A stretch of DNA of 62,912 nt, the filler included, from Choristocarpus tenellus KU-1152 (taxonomy: Eukaryota; Protista; Phaeophyceae), in assembly GCA_964200185.2 (NCBI GenBank). It is 10 parts of 10 records of this genome, joined end to end, with 100 filler letters (N's around TTAATTAATTAA, not from the genome) between each part and the next. Parts side by side here need not be neighbours in the genome. Positions count along the whole stretch, not along the records: positions 42,823 to 48,898 come from CAXNAD020009001.1; positions 48,999 to 56,607 come from CAXNAD020005880.1; positions 56,708 to 62,912 come from CAXNAD020008689.1; 7 more parts are not named here. One strand, 5' to 3'. The translations under genes and the position numbers were made by a program. This document shows, one piece after another, positions 48,588 through 59,661 of the stretch (position 1 is the stretch's first letter; the number at the start of each line of letters is the position of its first letter). The notes under the pieces are model-generated. The model saw nothing but the letters and a program-made list of their open reading frames with translations. It was not told the origin of the DNA and searched no databases.

Positions 48588-48998
48588 CCTGAGGCACTCT
48601 GGATGACCGATTATTGGGCATGATACTATGTATTGAGACCATCTTAGTCAGTATGAGCTCCGAAGGTCGCCCACTATGTGCTGCCACCCCTAGGTCAAGC
48701 GTGCGACCACGGGCGAGCTGATTGGCGACGTCCTCCCAGACCCCTCGCATGTAACGCTCGGACACTCCAAACTCCGTTGCAAGGGCCGACCCAACGTGTT
48801 GCTGCAGTTTATGATCACCTAGGACCATCGCAAGTGTCATGCCGCACTGCAAGTGCAACCCTGGTATTCAGGGACACTTGGGCACCCTTCCTACGCAGNN
48901 NNNNNNNNNNNNNNNNNNNNNNNNNNNNNNNNNNNNNNNNNNTTAATTAATTAANNNNNNNNNNNNNNNNNNNNNNNNNNNNNNNNNNNNNNNNNNNN

Positions 48999-50600
48999 CT
49001 GGTGTCTCTAGTTTGAAGCGCATGATGCGTCTTGAGAAAGTCACGTGTGTAGTGGTAAATGCTATCAATGTCAAATGAGACTTGATAGTTTGTTTCCTGC
49101 AATACCGCCCCAGTCCCTCTCCCCAGAAAGTCACGTGTGTAGTGGTAAATGCTATCAATGTCAAATGAGACTTGATAGTTTGTTTCCTGCAATACCGCCC
49201 CAGTCCCTCTCCCCCTACTCATCGGTGGCCAACTCATCCAAGGAACTCTCTGCTTGCTTACCAAAACGCCAAAACTTTCCACGGTAATGGTGTTGGATTA
49301 AAACTGCAAGAGTCAAAAGATCCCCTCGTAATGGGTACACGTTCGCACCTCGGCTGCAGCAGTAGCTACTCCATTGCTGGCGGATGAGTGAGGCAAATGA
49401 CAGGCTAGTTAGACCTCTGCAAAAGCAACATCCAGAAGGAGGCCTTAGTCCGAAGTACAGGGTTAAATCAGCATCCGAAAGTGCTCCAGTATGGAATACT
49501 GCACGCATGTGGAAGTTCTTCTCCACTGTAAACGGACTGCCATCTTCCATGGTGCAAGGGATGCCCACTCCTCTCCAGAGTTAGCCTAGTCGTTTCACCA
49601 TAGGCTTGTCCTGACGAAATTGTCCTGCCACCCTAGGGCAAGTGCAGGCATGTCAGGGGTGGACATTGTGCCTTCTCCACCCAGTCACTGAGCACTTGTT
49701 GGATAGGTCCTCACCCCTCCTCCCTAGAGATCTGCTGGAGGCGAGCCTCTAAACTATACAGGAGGAAGCTGGCGTACTGGTTGCAAGGATTGCGTCGAGG
49801 ACCATGCATTTGTTGGTGGATAGTGGTGCTGATACAATATAGACATCACTGGCGGAGTAGATCAGAAGGGGCAGAGCCGGTTATGTGTTTCCATATGTTT
49901 CCAATTTAGCCCTACCCATGGTTCATGAACTATAGCGACCTGATATTAGATCCGTTCAGGTATTGAATGATACTTGTGACCCAGTGAAAGCATTTTTTTT
50001 GTTATCCATGTGGCCGTTGCAAATACCACATGGTAGCTGTCTGTCTCGCCCCAACTACCCCACTGAACGAAATTCAAGCCCCTTCTAATACTGATATTAT
50101 ATGCTCACACCAAGCCACACATTGTCCTCTGCTAACGCACGTAGTTGATCGCTGCAACTTCAAGTCTAGTATGGAATGCTTCAACAGCATTGACCCCTTG
50201 GTCTGGTCTGGTAGCTCGCTAGAGCTAGCAAATAACTTCCTCTCCTAAGTTCCTCAGGATTAGTCTGAAGTATAGTTAAAAGGAGTCGAATTGGATCCTG
50301 TTCAGAAGTCGGGTAAGTTCATGTTTTGCCCTCCTCGTGATCCTGGCATCACGAGCTGCCAGAGTGCGAACTTCTTGGATGGGTCCGGCAGTTATTGCTC
50401 CTGTCCAGTCTACCCAGCCTTGACAAATAATCCTTACCAAATTTTCCGAAGGATCTCCTAATGAGAGAAGATTTTGGATCGACGATCCTAGGACCTGGAC
50501 TGCGGAGCTTGCACAAATTGCCTGGGTAAAAATATCCTCATGGGGTCCTTGTTGCCTGGCTAGGATGGTTAGGAGAGGTCAGTCTGTAGTGATCCCATAA
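48999..50600 (-). mobile_element. Degenerate non-LTR retroelement with restriction-like endonuclease (CRE-like), 3' half
   Basis: Fragments GIPCTMEDGSPFTVEKNFHM, ESFGVLVSKQ and SRRIMRFKLE match the other copies in the window (RMDLV, FGRLGKQAE). The pattern RxD...D...ESFG is that of RLE domains. The upstream boundary is approximate and the clade is inferred. Confidence 0.7.
49035..49214. repeat. Perfect 90-bp tandem duplication within CRE-like remnant
   Basis: 49035-49124 is identical to 49125-49214. Confidence 0.92.
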
Positions 50601-50699
50601 AAGCTGCATGGTGAATCGTGTATTTATATTTTATGAAAAATAAGACGTTAAGTAGCATGAAAGCACTCGTATGATGTATGAGAGATGTGTAGAAATTCC

Positions 50700-52250
50700 A
50701 AGGATGATACTTTAATTGCTGTGGAAACCCCTCTGTTTTTATGTTCTTTTGGAAAGATGATCGCTTATTTTCGGTCTATTAAAGCCGTTATTTTGATCTT
50801 TTTCAGTCCATTGATGCCAAATGCGCACGTGGAAAACGTGAGCGAAGCGGAAGCCGGATGCTGGTATGTGTGGGAGTATGGACCCGTGAATACGATAAAA
50901 CCCCTGCGTATATTACGTTGGTATGAAGAGTGATGTTGTGTATTAAACATCGTTGTATGGAAGTACTCGAAGCAGTAAATAGGAGTAGTACTGAGTAGGA
51001 CTGATGAAATATCTCTTGGAAGGTTTCGAATTAGACAACAATAGGGTATGGCTGGACATGTGGGGGCAAACTGCAGGCAATTAAGTTAGTTTGAGGTCCG
51101 AGCCCCGTACGGAACCCAAGATATGGGGCCATAACCGACCAATTTGGAGAAAATACTTCAGCCCCCCAGAGTGGACTGTTGGCATTCAACACATTGTAAA
51201 AGGTGTCACAGGTTGATTCATTCCAAAAACTATATATTGAATGAAGCTGGTGCATCCTACCATATTGATCGAGTTGTATTATCACTTTTGATTCACTGTA
51301 CAGCATGCAATGGGGTGCACAATCTGAACATGGGGAGTGTTACTGTCTTTTTTTTTCATATTTTCACAATAGTGGTCGTACCTGTTCACGACCAGAATCT
51401 GCTTTATTGGAATGCTGATATACACAGGACTCATGGGATCATGTTTTTGGTTTATGTCAAGTCGTTGTGGCTGTAAAAAAATAAAATGCTGAGTCATGCA
51501 ACTGATGCAAAACATTTTGTCCATGAAGATGACGACAGCGTTCTCTTGAACTTCATAAAGGGCCCCACAGTATTGAACCAGGAACCCACGGGTATGTGCT
51601 TTCCTCTCCTCTGTCAGAAGTGGGATATTGATTCCACCCCTTCTTCGCATACACGCCAGCTGTTTCAGTATGACACCCAGACCCAATGATAAGAGTTCCA
51701 CACAATTTTTGTCTGTACACAACAAATGAATGAAATTATCTTAGAGGGTACGAGTTTTGCCCTGTTTGTCCATTCGGGGCTTGACTTCCCACGGATTTTT
51801 AATGACATTTTACTTACTCCAAAAATTTTCGGAGTAGGTAAGATGGATACGTTATGAAAAGGTGTATCGGAAACAAGGATATTGGCATCTCCTAACAAAC
51901 ATCATAGCCAAAAATTACATTAAAACTGCAACATTGGATTTTGGCCCCCAAATGTACGCGGCTCTACCCTCTAAGGTACTTTGGCTCAATCCCAACAAAA
52001 AAACACATTTCCCAGTGACTCCCATGCATAGATGAAGACCTCCTTCTTGTCAAGCTGTGGTTTAACGAGCTTGCATGTCTTATCGGAGTCCACACTTGAA
52101 TGCTTCTCCTCTCAGCTCCTGAGGCGGTGGAGATCTTCTCTTTCTCTTCCCAAGTTTCATGAGGTGGGAAAACTTGTGGTATCCCACGCCCAAGGCTTGG
52201 AAGAACAGCCTTCATTGACTCGGTTTGGCCCATATTGTTGTCGACAACAA
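50700..52250 (-). mobile_element. Degenerate IS630/Tc1-like transposase remnant, interrupted by MITE 51728-51987
   Basis: Fragments RGFLVQYCGAL..ENAVVIFMDK (cf. VYMDES), IIQLDQ and IVFTGPYSHTYQ (cf. FTPPYxPxxQPIE). Multiple stops and frameshifts. Boundaries are approximate. Confidence 0.55.
51728..51987. mobile_element. MITE type D, TSD AAT/AAT
   Basis: Same TIRs, with AAT at 51725-51727 and 51988-51990. Confidence 0.88.
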
Positions 52251-54473
52251 ACCTTTAATATAGTAATATAGAATCAGCAGTATGTATGCCAGTCCCTTTG
52301 AAACAACAACTCCTGAGACCGAGCTGACATTCTTACCTCATTTTTGGTATGAGCTTCCCTACCCTTTTGCGCATCTCATGGCGGTATCTACCACCCATTT
52401 CTATGTTGCCGCAGCTGTGCGGGCTCTTGCCTGATCTTTGCTTGGTTTCCCCTCTCTTGCTTTGTGGCATCCTCTCATCTGCAGGCACCCTCCGATGCCG
52501 GCCCTCTTGACATGCTCCTTTTGTTATTCATCACCCTCAGACTTCTTGCATGGGGTGTCAATAACTCCAGATTGACTTTCAGTCACCAAACAAAGCAGTC
52601 AGATTTGTTTGTATATTGTTCCCATAACAATGAATTATGTTCTTCCCTACTATCCTTGCCCAACCTGTAGAAATCGGACGGCTATCAGGATTGCAAATGG
52701 CCCCCCAATTTTTTTGTGGATGCCAACAACTGAGTATTTAGATATAGGCAAGTGATACACTGACTTCCAGCTGAAGTCATTACCTTTCACACAATTTCTT
52801 CATTGGAAGTGTAAACCACACATGTATAAGATGAGATAATCGCAATTACAGGTTACGTATTGATCCAAATCGCGCCAACATAGGAAAATTTACCCTGGCA
52901 TACCGACTTTGTATTTCCTAAACCAATTTTCCATTAAGGTCTGTTATGGATGGTGGTCGAACTCGTGAAATCAGTACAATGCGTAAAGTGCTTAGTCTCA
53001 GTTTAACAAATGATGCTGAAGGATGGACAGACAGGAAACCCTCCAATTTTGATTCTGTATTGAGTCAACCGAAAAGGTTTGTAAAGACCAATTGGCTGAA
53101 TTATTAATACTACTATTATTGTTGTAGGAGGGGTACAATAAACAAATATACCTATCTCTTATGTGGATTGGGAGACGTCGAGAAAAGAATCTCCACCGGT
53201 AAGGTTTATGGTCAAGGAGAGGAAGTTGATTAGCTTCCCTTCACTTCAGAAGATGTGGTTGGCGATATCTCAATTATGAGGGAGTGAAAGGTTGTGGATG
53301 GATAAATGAGGGAGGGAGGTGATATAGTGTAACAATCGGAGCAAAGTCGTGTTGGACTAATTCGGATAAATATCATGTATGTTATGAGTATGCATTTGTT
53401 ACCCACACGTTCTTAATATCCCTTTCTATATGGAATTAGGTGACGGTGCGTCAGTTTTGATGTTTACTGTATTAAAGAAGTATAGGTCGATCGCGCGAGC
53501 GCGCAAGATCAATCTACTACTACATATTTGTAATAATACTATATATAATACTAATACTATTATATATTGTATTCTAGAGTGCTATTTGCACCACTTGGTG
53601 CTATTTGCACCCCTTGGGAGTTGTGACCCATATTTTTGTCGTGGTGCAACCCACTACTTTGCAGTTTGAGAGGGGACAGAGAGTGAGGCGCTTTCTTTGA
53701 ATTTTGAATTGTTCAACAGTAAGACCTTCTTTGGGTCTGGTTTGGAGGGACAAAGGTGACCCGGGTCAAATTTGAGGGCCGGATACTGGGGGAAAAATTG
53801 TTGCCTGAATAATTGTAACCCGGTTCTGTTTGGACACGTCCTGAGAATCCGAACCAACTCAGATCAAACATGGGTATTGTGTTGAGAGATCGGTAATTTT
53901 TGTCGAGAAAAAAGATGAAACATCGTATGCCGACACATGACTGCCATAACCTGTAAGGTAGCTTGTGCACAAGAAGCTGAGCGTTATTGTGGGCAAAACC
54001 TGTGAGAACTGAACGTGTTGGAAGCCAAGACATTTCGAGTATGTCTACGGAAGGTTGCCACCGTAGGATGTCCAAGTTGACCTCAAAGATAATATGCAAC
54101 CTCGAAGTTTGAATTTGTTTATTTCTCTTTCTAGATGATTTGCGACGTGAGAGTGGCAGTTTGTGATCTACGTAATTTAGATGGTGGTCGTGTCTGTAAA
54201 CCCAGGAACCTCTCAGCTTCTGGGAGGAGAAGATAAGTTATCGGTACAAGTGCCTCCGCCGACATGATATCTGTGTTTTCCAATTTCACTCTATCATAGC
54301 GATCTTGCTTGCCTGATCACAAACACTCGTTCCGACTTCGACCCACCTTGGCGGCTTCAGCTGAACCGTGCTCTATGCTTAATGTTGTGTGATACAACCC
54401 TAATATTGATGGGCAGGGTCTGACCCCGTAGCCCGGGTGGTCTGCGCCATCGTTATCAATTTGGGGGCGCACA

Positions 54474-55038
54474 ATGGATGGGTCGCCGGATTTGACGGAA
54501 ATGGAAGCCGGGGGTCAAAAGTCCGTTCCTCCCACTCCCTCGTTTGCCGCCGATGGAGTGACACCTTCCGCCGAACAGCTGGAGGCAGAAGCCCTCAGGC
54601 GAGGCATGCAGCCACTGGTGATGTGTCTACGCCGGTGCCCCCACTGCTTGGAAGGTGTACCTATAAGGAGCAGGATGTGCTCCTACTGTCACTTCATGAT
54701 ACCTCCATCCGCCAAAGCTGCTGCCAGAAAGGAGGCCCAGGAAGCTGCCAACCAGGCGGGCAAGCCGATTGGATCTAGCACGAGTCTCGTTCCTGCTACC
54801 CATACTGCTGTTGCTGCTGCTTCCATTGAGAGTAGCACATCCGGAACGGGTGGAAGAGGGGGTACGGACGGGGATGGTGGGGTGGAAGGGGACTCGGGCC
54901 GGCGGCAGCGAAAACGCCGAGTAAGTAAGAAGGGGTTGATGACTGCCACTGAGGAGGAAATGGCAGAGCTGGACGAGGGATTAAGTGAAGAGGAGCCTGT
55001 GAGCTGGCGGAAGTCTATAGGGCAGCGTGGACGATCAG
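54474..55038 (+). CDS. Probable first exon of a protein with CxxC-x10-CxxC zinc ribbon, basic NLS-like and acidic low-complexity region
   Basis: GC-rich 225-aa ORF containing RRCPHCLEGVPIRSRMCSYCHF and RRQRKRRVSKK. A good donor CAG|GTGAGA lies at 55038/55039. Downstream exons were not identified. Confidence 0.7.
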
Positions 55039-56707
55039 GTGAGAGTTTTGATGCTAGTATTTACACTTTGTGTGCAGATTTGATATCGCATCATTGGGAG
55101 GGGAAAGGAGGAAGGCAGACGAAAGATTGTGAAGTATACATTGTTGCCTGATGATGCATTTCTTCTTTAGATGGTGTTGCATCCCCATTTTTGGTCACTC
55201 CCTTGGTGCCTTCAAAGAGCTCGACTTTGAATTGTTGTGTTTGCGACTACGATAGAAAATGATTCAGTTTGAGATGCTCCGAAATGGTGCATCGCAGTGG
55301 TTGTGGTGGAAACAAGAGTGTTGCAGCCTTTTGCATCTCAATGTCATGAAGCAGCAAGTGGAACAATGACTCCTGATTCATGTACCATATGCTCTGTGGC
55401 TTCTGCTGTGACTAGGACATTGGTCAAGGTGTTGTATAATTTTTCCAGTGAATTGTTTTACTGTGTTTGTGCAGAGCCTCTTGGTGGACCCCTTTGTTTT
55501 TGTTGAAGAATCCTTTGTGTACTATGGAGTATGGCAGCAAGGAGGCTATCTCCTATAGTATTGCTAATGAGTAGTAAAGTTTGCGCAGTTCTAGCTTTTT
55601 TTTTTTTTTTTTTTTTTTTATTCCGATTTTGTGGGACCGCTAATCAATAGCCTGCCATTACTGTTCTAGTTATCTCTTGATTTATTTATAGGTGGAAGAG
55701 GGCAGGAGGGGAAATCAGTACATACGTTTTTCTATGCCGTTTGCCATTATTCCCCTTTGTTTTTACACCTTTCCACTAGACGAGGACTTCCTCTGCGTGA
55801 GACGAATTGTTGCCAAATCTAATATCTCTTGTGGATATTTGAACAGTAGGCTCCTGATAGTAGTTTTTGCGCTTATCTGAATCCGTTTGTGTTTGAAAAA
55901 ATAGAGAGTTGGCATCCCTTCCCGATATTCCCTCAAAAACTACTTGAATTTTCCTGCACGGAGGAATGTGAATGAGCTGCATCTACTGAGTGTGATGGCT
56001 CTGCTCAGTAGAAATACTACAAACATTCCTAGTATAATGATTTAGCAAGTGTGTTGTGTCAAATAATGTTTTCAGCAGCCCCTCGCCTAGCTCTGCTATG
56101 CGCGTTCGTGGTGCCACTCTTCTTGTTAAAAAAAAAAGAAGTGGTGTGTGTTTCAAACGTGCTGTTTTTGAGGCTATTGTGCTCTCCTGCAGGACGCATC
56201 TAAATGCAACTAACCCCTATCGATATTGACAGTTGGCATATGAAGTAACAATGTTGTTTGAATGTTGTTTGAATGTTGTTTGCAGATATTACCTTCTCCC
56301 CACCTTCGACCTCTTGCCTTTGCTGCCCTGCTCCAACACTTTGTATCCCTACTCAGAATTGAGAAACTATTACTGTGATGCCTATTTTCTGCAAGGTTCT
56401 CCTTCTTGTTTCGATTTTTGTTGGTATTTGGAGACTCTCTCCATCCCCTTTTACTCTTCAGAAGTAACTCTCGGTCTCTCCTTTTCCCACTTTTTTATTT
56501 TTTATTTTTTATTTTTTAGTGTTGAACTGTTTTTTTTTTTTTTCAAAACTTCTTCCGCGACTTGATTTTATTTAATTGTATTTTATTTTATTTTGTAGCA
56601 TTTCCACNNNNNNNNNNNNNNNNNNNNNNNNNNNNNNNNNNNNNNNNNNNNTTAATTAATTAANNNNNNNNNNNNNNNNNNNNNNNNNNNNNNNNNNNNN
56701 NNNNNNN

Positions 56708-56926
56708 ACAATATGTGATGCAACTCAAGTGACGTATACTATACTATACTATTTGTGTGGAACGCAGAGCGACTGTTCTGTATGTACTGCGGTGTTCTGA
56801 TTGTAGTTGATGTGGTGATGACGAGCTAGTGAAAGTAGCGTCCAGAACGTATCAGACCAATCAGCAGTCACCGGTGGAACTGTATCATATCAAGGAACAA
56901 ACATATGAGTAGTCTATGTTTTAACA
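56708..56926. mobile_element. Partial LTR of the same family as 47860-48587
   Basis: Shares the terminal ...ATGAGTAG(C/T)CTATGTTTTAACA and the upstream ACCAATCA(A/G)CAGTCA. Truncated by the contig start. Confidence 0.75.
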
Positions 56927-57112
56927 CTAGCTACGGACGCGGTAGGGGGGAGAGGGACAGGAGGCTGTAGCAGAAATGGGGTGGTCAAATCGTGTCTACG
57001 CCAGATAGTCTCAGTCACAACACAAGTAGCCCTATATAGATGGTCATGCGTGTTTTAAGGTGGAGACACCAGAAGATGGCCAAGTGGGCCTTGTTAGATT
57101 CTTGGGATGTTT

Positions 57113-59661
57113 TATTGAATAACCTAGTGCCATCCTTACGTTGTGTGTGCTGATACAAGTATGTAACATACTTTCATGTACGTTTATCTTTGGTCTATGT
57201 ATGTTTATCATGTAACGCAATTAACAACTTTGGGCGATGAGCGTTACATGCGCCAAGCTCTTTGGGGGTCCGACCCCGGCGTCATTTTGACAGTCGTCAC
57301 CTTGTTCTGTAGTCGTGCTATTTCCTTATCTGAATGAAGGAACAATTATTTTCATATAGCACAGCCAAAGAAGAATGTGATGACTATCAAAATGCCACAA
57401 GGATCCGACCCCCAAATCACTTTTACTACGATGCTGGACTAGGTTGATCAGATGGTGATGATGAGGCATGTGATGTCTGAACAGGTTCTACAAATCGCCA
57501 TGCTAGACTGCTTGGACGATGGTTACCAGATCACCAAGCACTATCTTCAGCACCATAATAAAGTGAGTTTTCGAGAGCTATGATCCAACAAGCTGCTCGT
57601 TTGAGCTACTTCTCACTTCAATGAGAGGTAGCTGATCGTGGAGAGCCTGAGGGCACTCTGTCCGCACAGACCTAGCTAAAGGTTGCCCGAGGTGGCAACC
57701 AAGGTACGACTGGTCCTCGTACACACCCTGGGATGACAGGATCCCGAACTAGGGGGCTGATCAAGGCCCGACAGACATGTGGAAAGTGTGGATTGGTCAG
57801 GCATGCCAGTCCTTGCACATATAGAGGGCTGTGCTACAGCTGCGGGAGCAGAGGCTACCAGCAGGTTGTATGCCCTTAGAGAAGGGTGATCCCACCAAAG
57901 TCGGCGGGAAGTTTATGTCGTCAGAGGGCGACTCCGCTAAAGTTGGCGGAAGAACTAGCTGGATCAGAGGACCCGGCTAGGACAGGAAGGAAGCTTATGA
58001 CCATGTTAGCCGCTGTGGCTGACAATGGCAAGGTGAGAACGAATGCTTTCGAAACATGGTGTTTTGATTTGGGGGCTTCCAATAGTGTGACGAAAGATCC
58101 AAAGTAAGTGTATGGCTTCACCACATGTCCACAAGGCTGCAAAATGACTTCAGCTGACAGCACATCACTACCCATTATGGGGTATGGCAAAATTGATTTA
58201 AATTTCAATGTTGGTCACAATGCGTATGAGTGTTACTTTGGCATCTGTGGCATTTATCCCGAATATAGGATGCACTATCTATCTTCACGCTCTGTTGAAG
58301 GATGAGGACGGGATAGTTCCCATGTTTTATTTTTATTTATTATTTATCTGCATACTTCCCTTCACATCTCTCGAGGACTAGAGGACACATCATATCTACT
58401 CTCAGACAAAGAGCTCGGGGGTGTTGAGAATGGTATCTCCTGGACTGATCGAGAGGACAAGGGGAATATTAGATAGGCATTTAATGTTTGGATGGAAGCC
58501 TGGATTGGTGAGAGCTCAGGAAGTGGAGACTGGATGCTAAATGTCACCATTCTGCAGCACTTCACCTGGTGACTGTGCATTTTTTTTTTCTGCCGTTTTA
58601 TTTTGCAAGAGCTCCATTGTTTGATATGTTTTGTCTGTTTTCCATTGAGACTAATTTTATGGTTTGTGTGAGTGAAAATCTATTTGAGTGTTAGCAGATG
58701 AATTCCCTCTAGAACCCAAGACTGTAATAGCAGCACATAGTTCTCCTGAATGCGATTTATAGGATCGAACTAGAGCAGAAGAGATGTCTGGTTTGTTGTT
58801 TGAATAACAGTTGGGTGGAGGCCGTGTTACTCCCTGGATGCAGGGCAATTTACACCAAAATGGATTCACTTGCACAAGTTCAATGAGTTTGGTAAGGTAG
58901 CGAGATACAAGGCATGTCTTGTAGCAATTGGGTTTTCATGAGACCAAGGATTTAGATTTTCTGTAATACCTTTGCCCTGACGACATGGCCTGTATGTCTT
59001 TGAGAATGGTTTTAGCATTAGCTGCAGACAAGGACTGGGGACTGAAGGGTTGGGATGCAAACAAGCTTTCATTCAGCCAGATGTTAGCGAAGAGATTTAT
59101 GTTCATTTGTGTGATGGATGTGATTATGGTCTGAAAACGTTGTCCGTTTGGTGAAAGATCGTTATGGCACCAAACAGGCTAGCCATTTTCTGAGAGCCTT
59201 AGCTAGAAAAGGAGAGATCCGTGTGGTTTTTGTTGGTGCTGCCAACTAGAGGGTACATGTGATGTACAAGAATTTGCCAGTACAAGTTTTTAGACAACAT
59301 GTGAAGTTTGTGATGAACCTATAAGATAAACATGTTTTTTTTTGTTCTTGGTGTGATTGTTTTGAGAGATAATACTTGTTTTCAGCAAGGGGAGGATGTC
59401 TAGTAACCTAGTGTTGTCCTTACTTTGTGTGTGCTGATACAAGTATGTGACATAGTTTCATGTACGTTTATCTTTATTTTGGTACAACATGAAGTAGTAA
59501 CGTACATAGTGGTATGGTGGGTCAGTTTTTGGTCGTACGTCAGAGATAATTGATGGCTACGGCAAACGCCCAGTTAATAATTAATATTCAGCGTATGTTT
59601 ATCATGTAACTCAACTACCAGGTTTGGGCGATGAGTGTTACATGCGCCAAGTTCTTGAAAA
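57113..59661 (+). mobile_element. Internally deleted, degenerate Ty1/Copia LTR retrotransposon
   Basis: Direct repeats at 57113-~57260 and 59397-59661. PPT AAGGGGAGGA lies immediately before the TG at 59397. The imperfect TSD is TGTTT/TGCTT. Internal remnants: knuckle CYSCGSRGYQQVVCP, protease WCFDLGASNSVT, and RT RYKACLVAIGF and KQAFIQPDVSEEIYV. Confidence 0.85.
57261..57416. mobile_element. Foldback MITE-like element with ~60-bp imperfect inverted arms
   Basis: TTTGGGGGTC...GACCCCCAAA are perfect termini. The arms continue CATTTTGACAGTCGTCAC / GTGATGACTATCAAAATG and GTGCTAT / ATAGCAC. Confidence 0.7.

Larger units (their letters stand above)
46500..48898 (-). mobile_element. Inactive plant/oomycete-type mariner (DD39D-like) transposase, interrupted by a MITE and a solo LTR
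   Basis: HTH region (ALATEFGVSERYMRGVW...HSGRPS) followed by IHVGETWFYL, VQHKSNIPKTM, IAANTRPD, LLPAIKTKMPW, VVIQQYGATPH and QPCNSPDLNIMGLSFF. Confidence 0.9.

Noticed and set aside
39072-51898. Recurring ~70-90 aa ORF family (LGSVNILVxDTPFH...RAKLVPSKIL)
   Set aside because: These are translations of type D MITE copies, with inconsistent starts, stops and frames.
5001-55038. Functional cluster of Prx, MECR, DeSI, RGS and the MBD-like gene
   Set aside because: The genes lie on different concatenated contigs, so adjacency across linkers is meaningless.
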